Part shown: piece by piece, positions 14,314 through 26,900 of the stretch
How the letters are laid out: each line of letters opens with the position of its first letter
Numbering within the stretch: position 1 is the first letter of the stretch
Assembly: GCF_006345805.1 (NCBI RefSeq)
Contig: NC_043005.1
Coordinates: forward strand, 90,644,001 to 90,708,000
Source of the DNA: Octopus sinensis
Taxonomy: Eukaryota
Length of the DNA stretch: 64,000 nucleotides
Direction of reading: 5' to 3'
Notes under the pieces: model-generated
Databases searched by the model: none
The model's input: the letters and a program-made list of their open reading frames with translations, nothing else
What the model was told of the DNA's origin: nothing
Position numbers and translations under genes: made by a program

Positions 14314-14320
<7 letters not shown>
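14101..14320. repeat. Long near-perfect palindrome (~100-nt arms, 12-nt loop); MITE-like or hairpin RNA
   Basis: 14101-14200 is reverse-complementary to 14213-14320 (e.g. cccataaagcgcttagctt / aagctaagcgctttatggg; acatggcc / ggccatgt). The loop is acttgctacaga. Confidence 0.9.
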
Positions 14321-14368
<48 letters not shown>

Positions 14369-15014
14369 GTATGTATGTATTATGTATGTATGTATGTATG
14401 TATGTATGTATGTATGTTACACGCATACATATACATATACAGATACATATACATGTAAATATACGTATGTTTATTGAACGTAAGTATATGTGTATGTGTG
14501 TAAGTGTAGTGTATAGTATACATGTATACATACACACACACACACTCACATAACGCACACACCACGCAAATACACGCATACACACAAGCACGCGCGCATG
14601 TGTTAAGCGGAATTCTCGAGTCGACAAGATTTTAATTGTTTTTACCATGTCCAGCCTCATTTCGTGTCAAGATGTAAATAAAAGGAAAATATTTAAAACA
14701 ACCAAACTAAAAACAAAAAAGGAAAACAACAGCAACGCGCGCACGCGCATCAGTATCACGTGTCTTGTGTCCTCCATGATTATTTTTTTTATCCAATCAC
14801 CGCTTAAAATCTCATGAATATTAAACATGGTTTCAGTTTTGTAGCCACATTAAAAACCTGTAATTATCAACAATTAACTGGTGTGTCTTCTCATTTTACA
14901 AAACTAAATTCATGCTTTAAAGCGGTTTAGTACAGTAATTATCTGTGTGCGTGTATGTATGTATGTATGTATGTATGTATGTATGTATGTATGTATGTAT
15001 GTATGCATATATAA

Positions 15015-15077
<63 letters not shown>

Positions 15078-15081
<4 letters not shown>

Positions 15082-15330
15082 GGCGCGTGGCTAAGTGGTT
15101 AGGAGTCTTGTACTCACAATCGTGAGATAGTGTGTTCGATTCCGAGAACGACTGCGCCTTGCGTTCTTGAGCAAAGCACTTCATTTTACGTTGCTGCAAG
15201 AGACTAGCCTTCTGATAGCGGGGTATATTGGCCTACTCACCTATTCAGTAGGGTGGCATCATTCGAAAGTTAAAACAACGGAAAGTGCATTGTGACCAGC
15301 GATGTATAACAACATCCAATATCACGTGGT
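15078..15330 (+). mobile_element. tRNA-derived SINE (family 3-related head)
   Basis: ggcgcgtggctaagtggttagg (A box), gtgttcgattcc (B box), then ttgagcaaagcacttcatttt as in the copies at 45647 and 54740. Confidence 0.5.
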
Positions 15331-15780
15331 ATATATATATATATATTATATGTCTGTATAAGAGTTATACACTGAGGGAAAGGCACGAAAGAGCTATTCT
15401 TATTTTGGTACGTTGAATGTAGGCAGGCAGAACAATTTGAGAGAGTTCAAAAATGATTAGTCATTCCCGTACTTCGAAGTTTCACCCTTAACGATTAAAT
15501 ATACTAATTAATTAATTAATTAATTAATCAATCAATGCATTAAACCGTCTACGGCTCATCAGCGAGAATCGTTATCGACATTTAAATACAAAAACTCGAA
15601 TACATACCGCATCAAACAAGAGACACCGTATACTGAGTTTTCATCTTTATATATCGAGCAATTTGGTTCAAAATGTCTCACAAACAACGCGCCAATATCT
15701 AGAGTAGAACCACCAGTGAATTAACATTCGGCTGTGGATTTACCCGACTCTTAGAATTAAAATATTTAAAAACTTTAAAA

Positions 15781-15970
15781 GGCGCAGGAGTGGCTGTGTG
15801 GTAAGTAGCTTGCAAACCAACCACATGGTTCCGGGTGCAGTCCCACTGCGTGGCATCTTGGGCAAGTGTCTTCTGCTATAGCCCCGGGTCGACCAATGCC
15901 TTGTGAGTAGACAGAAACTGAAAGAAGCCTGTCGTATATATATATATATATATAATATATTATATATGTG

Positions 15971-16017
<47 letters not shown>

Positions 16018-16232
16018 TGTTTGTGTGTCTGTGTTTGTCCCCCCCTAGCATTGCTTGACAACCGATGCTGTGTGTATACGTCCCCGTCACTTAGCGGTTC
16101 GGCAAAAGATACCGATAGAATAAGTACTGGGGCTTACAAAGAATAAGTCCCGGGGTCGATTTGCTCGACTAAAGGCGTGCTCCGCACAATGGCCACAGTC
16201 AAATGACTGAAACATGTAAATGAGTAAAAGAG
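15781..16232 (+). mobile_element. tRNA-derived SINE, family 2 (near full length)
   Basis: Head ggcgcaggagtggctgtgtggtaagtagcttgc..ggttccgggtgcagtcccactgcg, then a (TA)/(TG) microsatellite, a conserved core, and the tail atggccacagtcaaatgactgaaac. Confidence 0.75.
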
Positions 16233-17074
16233 TATAGGGTAAAAATTAAATATTAATTTTTACCATTTTTACTCACGCTGGCCGCTGGTAGTTTATCCTG
16301 TCTCCATCCGACATTTAGTTCATGCAGTTGAAAAAAACCCCGCATTATTTATGGAATGACCCAATATATATATTTATAAATTTATTTATATATTTATGTT
16401 TAAGTAGATATTTATATTTATAAATATATATATATTTATGTTTGTGTTTATGTATGTGTATATTTATGGGTTTTGTGTGTGCATGTATAGATGTGTGCGT
16501 GTACGAAATATGGAGCTACGTTCAGACACCAAGAATTATAGCGCAGCCATATACTTATATATTTTTTATGCATATTCTTAATCGTTTAACCTTTACTGGT
16601 TCCAGCTAGAGGTTGAGGCCATGCTGGAGCACCACGTTGGTGTGTGATAGGGTTTCTTTTCTGTGTTGCTTCTGGTGAAGTACTGAGTTGGGTTGAGTTG
16701 CTCTCCTTTGTGTCTCCTGCCCGCGAGGTAGGTTCATATATGTATATATATGTATATTATATAATATATATAATAGGTTGAACTACTCGTGTGTTTGACT
16801 TTTGTAAAATCTGGCGTGCGTTCAGCAAATTATATTCATGACGAATCCTACTGATGAGCTGTGGATTTTTGTGTAAGTAAAATTGCATCATTTATTAACA
16901 GTGAAACAATTGTCTAGGGTTAATCTACATTTTTGTTTATTTTTTCATTTGTCCTGCTCGCTTACGTTCATAGTTTGTGCTAATTTTCCTTGAGAACAAT
17001 TCTTGGTGGTTTGAGACCATAGCGGATCTATTTTTAGCGCAAGAGCGTCCACATAGTGCATTCTCTCTTATATT

Positions 17075-17128
<54 letters not shown>

Positions 17129-17139
17129 AGGTAAAAATA

Positions 17140-17690
17140 CCGTTAATAAGAGGTCTGTTTATAGCCATGAAACATTTTTCGTCAAATTTCGAGATTTTTC
17201 AAAAATTTTAAATCTATATTAATGGTTAGAACAAATTTGACGAAAAAATGAGCAGAGTCAGGTAGCGAACTCGTGTCGAAATTTTACGCTTTGGGGCAGA
17301 TTTCGTCAAACTGATGTCACGACAGCTAATGTGCAAAATGCCTAAATTTTGCTTGAGAAATAAAATGCTCTTTCCTAATCAAAACCTGAAACGCTGAGGA
17401 ATTAAAACAACGAATTGAAATAATAAGTTTTAGCAAATCAAAACAATTCGCAATGAAATGAAGAATTAACAATTTCGGTATTTTTCGTCAAATTGATGTC
17501 ACGATGGATTGTGCGAAAAATGCCGAAATTTTACATCTTTTTGAAAAATTGATGGTGATTAAAAATCGATTTAAAAAAATTCCAAATGCGTAAGTGACCG
17601 TGTTAAATTTCATCAAAGTTTGTTGGATAGTCTCGGAGGAGTTAAAGTAACAAATTCACAAGCACATAAACCTTGCATTTATTTTATATA
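17140..17690 (-). mobile_element. Possible Helitron-like non-autonomous element fragment
   Basis: Contains aaatttcatcaaagtttgttggatagtctcggaggagtt, which resembles the reverse complement of the accgattctgatgaaactt motif of the other Helitron-like copies. It has an internal repeat tttcgtcaaa.tgatgtcacga and is flanked by (TA)n. Confidence 0.3.
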
Positions 17691-18006
17691 TATATCTATA
17701 TATATATATATATATGGCGGTGCCCCAGCATGGCCACAGCTCATAAGCTGAAACTAGAATAAGGAAATAAGAAAAAATAATAAAAAAAAAAAAATATATA
17801 TATATATATATCCTCTTAGCAATAATAGATGTGAAATCAATGGCAACTTTTTGACCGGCGACAACCAACGACTACATAAAATATTAGTGTTAAAAATAAA
17901 AAGAAACAATTAGAATGTGTTTAGTCTTCGGGCTTGTGAACGACTGACCAATAATGCATATATATATATATATTATATATGTATTTAGATAGATAGATAG
18001 ATTGAC

Positions 18007-18038
<32 letters not shown>

Positions 18039-18044
18039 TGACAC

Positions 18045-18089
<45 letters not shown>

Positions 18090-18096
18090 CAGATAA

Positions 18097-18128
<32 letters not shown>

Positions 18129-18545
18129 TAGATATACACACATATACATACGTACATACATACATACATACATACATACATACATACATACATACGTACA
18201 AACATACATACATACATGCATACACTGCTGCTCCAGTAATGGGGGTTTACAATTGAATGTCCGGAATACAACAAAATGGTGGCTAGAAAGCTGAATGAGG
18301 TGTATGAAACTGAAAATGTATTTTGTGCACAGAATTTGCTGCTTCCCGGTTCAGAGATGTCCTCATCTTTCTCCTCCATATTTCTTAGCAGGCAATGATC
18401 TCACGCGAGTAAACCGATTTCGACAACAGGAATTTTGTTTTAACTTCCAGGTCCCACACAACAGTATCAAGTCGGTTGTGTCTTAGTTACGTAGTATCCT
18501 TAGTTTCCAATAGTATGATATATACGTGTGTGTGTGTGTGAGTGT

Positions 18546-18607
<62 letters not shown>

Positions 18608-18654
18608 ATGTACGTAGACGCAGCTTTTGAAAGGCTCGGAGGGTCTATCTATAT

Positions 18655-18865
18655 ATTGGTTTCAAATTTTGGCATAAGGCCAGCAGCTTTGGGGATTATT
18701 CGATTAAATCGACCCCAATGTTCAAAAGGTACTTATTTTATCGATTCTGAGAGGATGACAGGCAAAGTCGACCTTGGCGGAACTTGAACTCAGAACGCAA
18801 AGACGAACGAAAGATCGCTAAGCATTTTGCCCGGCGTGCAAACGATTCTGCCAGCTCGTCGCCTC
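18655..18865 (-). mobile_element. tRNA-derived SINE, family 1
   Basis: ggcaaagtcgaccttggcggaacttgaactcagaacg..gctaagcattttgcccggcgtgcaaacgattctgccagctcgtcgcc is the reverse complement of the family-1 head. Confidence 0.7.
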
Positions 18866-19420
18866 AGTCTTTCTAGATATTAACAACTATTTCCCCGTCC
18901 ACAGCAAAGAACCTGTTTATAAGGAAGTTTCTTGTGTGTAGGCGCGAGAACTTGGACCACATACAGTGAACACAACGAAGGTGGAGGTGCCTTTGTAATT
19001 CAGTGTTAACAGAAGATCTCTTGAATCTGGTGGCGAGAAATCTTTCTGGTAAACCTACACCATCAGCAAGGAATCAACCCTGTTCAGGCACCGGACATGT
19101 AATGCGCATGTCTGATCTATGTCTTCCCCTGCAGGATCTTTTCCGGTCAATTACACCGTGGTCATCGCCAGGCAGGAGGACGAAACAACCAGTCCGAAGT
19201 CGAACCCAAAGATTACTTTCAAGAGGAACGATGTTAACTCGTTTACTTTGGCAATCTCGCTGCTTACCGGTGACTGTGGAGAAGAAGCGAGAGAGAGAGA
19301 GAGAGAGAGAGAGAATGTGTGAGAGAGAGAGAGAGATGGTTTGTTTCATGAGTTTGCTACCAAAAAACAATTATTTCTTCTCAGTGTGTATGTTTGTGCG
19401 AGCCCGTGTGTGTGTATATA

Positions 19421-19451
<31 letters not shown>

Positions 19452-19452
19452 C

Positions 19453-19487
<35 letters not shown>

Positions 19488-20019
19488 CGTATATATATGT
19501 TGTATACGTATATGTATTGTCGTATAAATGTATGTATGTATGTTCATATAAATGTATGTACGTATGTATGTGTGAACGGCAAAACGAAATTCTATTTTAT
19601 AGTTACAAAGAAACTTTTCAAAGACATTTATTTGTTAGATACTAATATTCATAGGGTTGCTGTTTTGTTTTTTACCTTGAGTAAGGAATGCTGCCATTGT
19701 TTTACGACAACATAGAACTGGACGGCAACAGCTGATCTCATCAAATTAGTTTATGATCAATTATTTAGTAGTTTGTAAGATTTTATTTGCGTTTAGGGAG
19801 ATACTAATGTACAGAATGACGTATGCAAAAAAAAAAAAGAAAAATCAACAAATAAAAACATTTCTCAATGAATTGAAATTCGTGTTTTAGTTGGTAAAAA
19901 TAAACAAAAAAAAACTAGTGGTAGTGGTTAGCAATTTGTTTTTAAATGGAGAGATTATTTACAGAAATTGAGAATTGATTCTTTTTACAGAAAATCCAGA
20001 TTTAATGAGGTGCACACTG

Positions 20020-20655
20020 AACGAGAATCTAAACAATAATGTATCGATTTATCTGTTATACATTCTGGCAGGTTGGAACGTGAATATTTGTTCATTGTTG
20101 TTTTTCGCCATCAGAGAACATCTCATCCATTTTTTTTAGGTGACGTATGTTCATAATAGATGATTCAACGACATAATGGGATGTGAGGCACTGAAATTTT
20201 TCAACCTTATTGTGTATCTCCTTAGTCAAAGCTACCCCCTGCAGATCGATGAATCTAACACGAATACGAGCCATTGCTCAAATTATTTGTTGATGTCTGC
20301 CAAATATACAATAATGGACGGAGGAGTGGCATGCTGAACAGCGAGAATCCAAATTATAATGTATCGATTTACTCTTTATGAATTTTGGCAGATTCGAACG
20401 TAAATGTGCAGATCACTATTGTTTCCGTCGTCGAAGACCATCTCACCCGAACCCTTTTTTTGGATGATATATGTTCATAACACATGTAATTCATCGACAA
20501 AAGAGGATTTGAGACATGCGATGTTACAACCTTGTTGTGTGTCTCCTCAGTCAAAGCTACCCTGGATCAATGAATCTAACAAGGGTACAAGTTCTTGTTT
20601 ATAGAAATCAGCAAGTAAAATAATTACTGATGCATGCTGATGTCTGCTAAATTGA
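20020..20655. repeat. Diverged tandem duplication, period ~320 bp
   Basis: Shared anchors in both halves: gagaatc..aaa..ataatgtatcgattta, atgttcataa, caacctt.ttgtgt.tctcct.agtcaaagctaccc, atgaatctaaca, tgatgtctgc.aaat. Confidence 0.75.
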
Positions 20656-21011
20656 TAAGAATTCCTACGACGAAATACAGCAGCGATCAGCATATACGCG
20701 TTCGAAGAGTCCTGCATTTCTGGTGTCAGAAGTTTTTTTGAGAGATGTTATAATTACTCACTGATTGTGGTAGCGAGAGCTGGTCTTGTGTGCAGCAATA
20801 ATCAGGCTTCGGTGGTACGCTTCAATCACCTCCCTCCAAGCCAGACCACGATGCTGTATATCCTTAACGTCTTAATGTATTCCTTTCAACACTGTCGCAC
20901 CTTTCTTCTTCTTCTTCTTCTTTTCTTCTTCTTCCTTCTTCTTCTTCTCTTCTCTCGTCTTCTTTCTACTTCTTCTTCTTCTTTCTTTTCTTCTTCTTCT
21001 TCTTCTTCTTC

Positions 21012-21046
<35 letters not shown>

Positions 21047-21101
21047 GTCATCGCCAGCGTCATCGTAATCATCATCGTCGTCATCATCGTCTTCATCATC
21101 G

Positions 21102-21159
<58 letters not shown>

Positions 21160-21164
21160 TATTA

Positions 21165-22347
21165 TTTTCATTAGCATCTTCTTTCAATTATGTTTCCATT
21201 TCTTGCCGAGTGTCTTCCTGACACCCAGGGCAGAGAACGTACTGTATACATTGGTAGGCCATTAAAACAAACACACCAGATTGTTCATTTACACAGTCAC
21301 GTGATAGAGAAAAGGGGAAGACAGAGAGAAAAAGGAAAAATAAAAAGTAGAAAAGTAAAGAAATAAAATAAAGAGGGAAAAAAAGAAAGAAAATTCGCAG
21401 CGACCATGCTCTTCTCAATACCTGTAAGGTACCAGTTAAGACAATCTTTTGCATTTCCTACATGAATGGTAAGACAGAGATCATACTTAAATAATTTTCA
21501 GTTAATTTTTTTTATCATTCCAAGTGCTCCTATACTCACTGGTATTGTAACCGTCTTGAGACGCCACATCTTTTCGATTTCGATTAGCAAATCTTTATAT
21601 TTTCTGTGCTTATGAAATTCTTTTGCCGAGATATTATAGTCACAGGGTATGCTCATGTCAATCAATAAACAGATTTTATTGCTTTTGTCTTTCACAATAA
21701 TATCTGGTTTATTTGCTTTGATTGTCCGGTCTGTACATACTGGGAAGTCCCAAAAAATAGTTACATTTTTTCCCACAGTTACAGCCTTAGTTGCACCAGT
21801 TTTCCACAGTTTTGATTTTATAATGCCAACACATTATTCAAGGTAGATATTGGCTAACTATGTCATGTCTTGATTTTTACTCTACAGGTGCTAAAACCTT
21901 ACATCCAGAGATTAGGTGGTCGACTGTTTCTATCCCATCGTTGCAACATTGGCACTTTGGGTCTACACTATTTTTCATCACATTGCCTTGATAGTTCCGG
22001 GTCAATAAGATCTGATCTTGAGAAGCTAAAATGAAGCCTTTGCTCTCTGCCTTTAGTCCTGAGCTCCGTAGGTCACTGAGGGGCGTGCTTCTGATGTGCT
22101 TCTGGTCTACATCAGCTTGTTTGCTACGAGCCACATATTTACATTGCAGAGGTTTTTGTTCCCACCTATTAGCCAAGTGTTCAAGCGCATTTTGCTTTGT
22201 TATCGATTTCACCTTCTTTGCAACAACAGTTGCTGCTCTTCCATCATGCTGTTCAACCTGGATATTATGCATAAACTCACTTAAAAATTTGTTGCTCTCC
22301 TTCATAACAGAATGAAGCTTCTTACGTCTTTCATGGATTTCAACAAA
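21165..22347 (-). mobile_element. R4/Dong-clade non-LTR retrotransposon, 5'-truncated and decayed (copy A)
   Basis: Minus ORFs include LRSSGLKAESKGFILASQDQ..DPKCQCCNDGIETVDHLISGC (CCHC finger) and WDFPVCTDRTIKANKPDIIVKD..CLLIDMSIP (restriction-like endonuclease). It is the same family as 60790-63112. Confidence 0.85.
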
Positions 22348-22384
22348 CTTATTATTATAATTATAATAATAATTATTATTGTTA

Positions 22385-22575
22385 TTATTAGCATCTTTCA
22401 ATTCTGTTTCCATTTCTTGCTGAGTTTCTTCCTGACACCTTTGGCAGAGAAGCGTACAATATACATTGGTAGGCCATTAAAACGAACACACCAGATTGTT
22501 CATTTACAAAGTCATGTGATAGAAAAAAAGGGGAAGACAGAGAGAAAAAAAGGAAGAAATAAAAAATAGAAAAGT
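22385..22575 (-). mobile_element. R4/Dong 3'-UTR-only fragment (copy B)
   Basis: attagcatctttcaattctgtttccatttcttgctgagtttcttcctgacacc..cattggtaggccattaaaac matches the 3' UTR of copy A at 21170-21350. Confidence 0.7.
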
Positions 22576-22651
22576 AAACAAATAATAATAATAATAATAA
22601 TAATGATAATAATAATAATAATAATAATAATTATTATTATTATTTCTATAG

Positions 22652-23050
22652 AAGGCGGCGAGCTGGCAGAATCGTTAGCACGCCGGGCGAAATGCTTAGA
22701 GGTGTTTCGTCTGTCGTTACGTTCTGAGTTCAAATTCCACCGAGGTCGACTTTGCTTTTCATCCTTTCGGAGTCGATTAAATAAGAACCTGTTACGCACT
22801 GGGGTCGATATAATCGATTTAATCCGTTTGTCTGTCCTTGTTTGTCCTCTCTGTGTTTAACCCCTTGTGGGTAGTAAAGAAATGGGTATTTCGTCTGCTG
22901 TTACGTTCTGAGTTCAAATTCCGCCGAGATCGACTTTGCCTTTCATCTTTTCGGGGTCGATAAAATAAGTACCAGTTGTGCACTGCGGTCGATGTAATCG
23001 ATTTAAACCCTTCCCCAAAACTGGTGCCCTTGTGGCAACATTTGAAACTA
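22652..23050 (+). mobile_element. SINE family 1, head plus tandem body dimer
   Basis: aggcggcgagctggcagaatcg head. A second body starts at the junction gtaaagaaatgggtatttcgtctg (~22872-22895). Confidence 0.8.
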
Positions 23051-23696
23051 TTATTATTATTAGTAGTAGTAGTAGTAGCCTTCTCGATTCAGATGTGAGA
23101 ACACTACAACTTACACAACACACACTCACAACACATACACACACACACACACCACACTCGCAGAGGGGACGACAATGGCAAGTGTCTCTACGCGGTCCCT
23201 CGGACCCGCGAGAAGTCTTGCTCAAATCCTAGCGACTTGTGGAAAGACAGCGGAGTCAACGAAGTTCCGAGATAAAAGTTCCGAGTCGGAACTTCTTGGA
23301 TCATAGACTTACATGATCGGCGTTGACTTGCGACTGATCGACAACAACAACAACAACAACAACAACAGCAGGGATATATAAATATTATATATTAGGAAAG
23401 AGAGAAAGAAGAAAGTAGAAGAGAAAGGGAGACAGAGCAAGGTTTAAAGTTAATAAAGCTTTTTCAGTCACAAAAGATGTCATCAGGATAATAAAAAGGT
23501 TCTTGCGTTGGTCTGTTGTGTAGCATTTGGTGCCACGGTGCGCGCGTGCGTGTATGTGTGTGTGTGTGCGTGTGTGTGCGTGCGTGTGTGCGTGTGTGTG
23601 CGTGTGTGTGCGTGTGTGTGTAGCTGGATAGACAGATACACACACACACACACATGGGTAACTTGATGTGTGTATGTATCTGTATGCGTATTCAAG

Positions 23697-23738
<42 letters not shown>

Positions 23739-23857
23739 TACATATTTATATATACAGAGAGATAAATAGATAGATAGATAGATAGAGGGAGGGAGGGAGA
23801 AAGAGAGAGAGAGAGAGACATGCGTACATATAAAGAAACGAAATAATGACATTCAGA

Positions 23858-23901
<44 letters not shown>

Positions 23902-24049
23902 GAAGGGGAAGAAGTAGCAGGAGAGAAGAAGAAGAAGAAGAAGAAGAAGAAGAAGAAGAAGAAGAAGAAAAGAAGAAGAAGAAGAAGAAGAGAAGAAGAA
24001 AGAAGAAGAAGAAGAAGAAGAAAAAGAAGAAAAAGAAGAAGAATAAGAA

Positions 24050-24080
<31 letters not shown>

Positions 24081-24276
24081 AAGAAGAAACGCTAATCATA
24101 ATTGTCGGGGTCAGAGAATTTTCTGGAAATAATGAACCAAACAAATGACTATAAAAATAGACAAGAATGCTTTTTTTTTTTTTTTTTCATAAAAAGCAAA
24201 AACAAAAACAAAAAAAGACCAGCGAAACCCAGTTGTAATTTCAGCTGTTACAGAAACATTTTCACAAATCCGTATG

Positions 24277-24368
<92 letters not shown>

Positions 24369-25182
24369 TGTATGTGTGTGTACATATAGACATCATATCT
24401 ATATAATTACACACACACATATATATATATATATATACAAATATATATACATACGTATATGCACACATAAGTGAATGTGTGTGTGTGTATATATGAGTGT
24501 ATGTGTGTGCGTGTGCACACGCAAATACACACATATATATATAAACGTTCTGTATTTCCTTCCGACACAAGTCTCTGTAGCACAGTAAGTATTTACCGCT
24601 TCTTTTGTTTCAATCTTATTGTTAAAACACTTTGTTGATTCCATTACCCGCCACGTTTTTTTTTCTCAATGCATTTTCCATAATTGCACATCAATATTTC
24701 AAGTAACACTAAGGTGTCAGCTCGCCAGGTAAAATGCTTGGGTGCATTTCGCCCGTCTTTACGTTCTGAGTTCAAATTCTGCCGAGGTCAATTTTACTTT
24801 TCATTCTTTCGGGGTCAATAAAATAAGAACCTCGGAAATTGCTGGCCTTGGGCCAAAATTTGAAACTAATATTTCAAGTAGAGTATTTAGAGGTTAACAC
24901 GGTGGACCCACAGAGTAAACGTTTTATTCCATTTTTGCTGCTCTCGCAACGGTTATGGAATGAGAACACAATCATTATACTTTTTTAATTAAAGAAGAAG
25001 AAAAACAAAAAAAACAAGAACAAAAAAACATCGCAATTCCCTTCCTTTCAAGCATGGATTCTACCCTAAAAACACCCTTAATGTCTCCACAAATTCTAGT
25101 TTTCTCTCATCATTGAAAATCTCTCGTGGTGAACGCATACCTTTAACTTAGTAAAGACTACATTACAAAGACGCTGTCTTCT

Positions 25183-25730
25183 TAGCTGGCAGAAACGTTA
25201 GCACGCCGGGCGAAATGCTAAGCTGCCGCTACGTTCTGAGTTCAAATTCCGAGGTCGACTTTGCCTTTCATCCTTTCAGGGTCGATAAATTAAATACCAG
25301 TTACGCACTGGGGTCCGTATCATCGACTTAATCCGTTTGTCTGTCCTTGTTTGTCCCCTCTGTGTTTAGCCCCTTGCGGGTAGTAAAGAAATAGGTATTT
25401 CGTCTGCCGTTACGTTCTGGGTTCAAATTCCGCCGAGGTCGACTTTGCCTTTCATCCTTACGGGGTCGGTTAAATAAGTACCAGTTACGCACTGGTGTCG
25501 ATGTAATCGACTTAATCCGTTTGTCTGTCCTTGTTTGTCCTCTCTGTGTTTAGCCCCTTGTGGGCAGTAAAGAAATAGGTATTTTGTCTGTCTTTACGTT
25601 CTGAGTTCAAATTCCGCCGAGGTCGACTTTGCCTTTCATCCTTTCGGGGTCGATAAATTAAATACCAGTTATGCACTGGGGTCGATATAATCGACTGGCC
25701 ACCTCCCCCAAATTTCGGGCCTTGTGCTAA
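25183..25730 (+). mobile_element. SINE family 1, head plus three tandem bodies (~185-bp period)
   Basis: Repeated unit gtattt.gtctg..gttacgttctg.gttcaaattcc..gaggtcgactttgcc...agccccttg.ggg.agtaaagaaatag, with junctions at ~25390 and ~25575. Confidence 0.85.
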
Positions 25731-26664
25731 GAGTATAAAAAAAAGAAAAGGATAGAAAATATTTACTTCCTTCACTTCTACTTCCAACTGATTGCTCTTT
25801 ACTCCTTTACACAGCTCAGCTCAAAGTATACCAGTAACGGAACACTACTCCCACATCTGGAACTGTTACTACTGCTACGGACAGAGACCACCTAGATCAA
25901 AGATGTCCAACCTTTTTCATTTCCTTTACGATCCCCCTACCCTTTTGCCAACGTTTTCAAAATTAACTTATCCCCGGACTTTGCATTATTCAGTAATTTC
26001 AGTTTAAAACTGCTGTCATAAAAAAAAAAAAAGCCCAAGCGACAAAGAGAAAATTTAATAATAGTTACAAAACATTATTGTTTTAAGTTGAAATAACAAA
26101 AACAAAAGAAAGCAACCACGAAAACCAACACAATACAACATTATTGCACTTATGAACTATTCATGCGGAACAGATGCCACACTTGAAACACAGCCCTCTG
26201 AATTAGACAACTCAATTGGCAACACTACAATTAAGGATTATATAATAATCACGGAGGATACAAAACAGATCGGTAAATCCAAAGCGGAAGAAAGATAAGA
26301 AATAATTTTTTTGGTTTTTACTCAAAACAGGCCTTTTTGGTTTTTTTTTTTTTCTCAATTTAAAAATGTTGAAAATATTAATTGAAATCAAGAGCGGACC
26401 AAGTGCGCCCTTCTAAATAATGTTATTATGCCCTTTTCTTCTTGAATTGTATTCCCTTCTGACCTTGTGCACTCCCTTCGAAAAATTCCTGGAACCGCGC
26501 CTGGAAATAAAAAAGAAAGAATATCTGTAGATCCAGAATCAGTAGATTTACCTTCTGGATTGGCGAAATTGACCTCTTCGGGTTAAATTTAATCCGGTTT
26601 GAGAATCTCTTCCTAGAGAAAGGCCACATCTCTGACTGGTATTTGGTCACTTCGCACTTTCCAC

Positions 26665-26900
26665 CTCTCACCGACAAACGTGCTGTATCACTCCTTCTGA
26701 TGTTTCTACAGCTACTACTGTGGCCTCTGCTCGCCGGAGTTAGCTGATCTTATACTACCCCCACCCTGATCCACCATCTTACACCTTTCTCTTTCTCCTG
26801 TCACCTTTATTACCCTCATCAGTTCTTACATTAACCACTGCACCCAATTCCTGCTTCTCAGCAAGTTGGCCCTTTGGAATTCCCTTTCGCTTATGCCGTT
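26665..26900 (+). mobile_element. Old CR1/Jockey-group LINE ORF2 C-terminal remnant
   Basis: Translates to CFYSYYCGLCSPELADLILPPP..LALWNSLS, resembling the FYRYY.G.CS.EL..L.P...LWNSLP C-terminal motif of CR1/L2/Jockey ORF2 proteins. Confidence 0.45.

Noticed and set aside
18240-18400. Open stretch WGFTIECPEYNKMVARKLNEVYETENVFCAQNLLLPG
   Set aside because: No in-frame acceptor or start, and no family I can recognise.
25884-25925. hAT-like left end (caaagatgtccaaccttttt)
   Set aside because: I found no matching right TIR or TSD.
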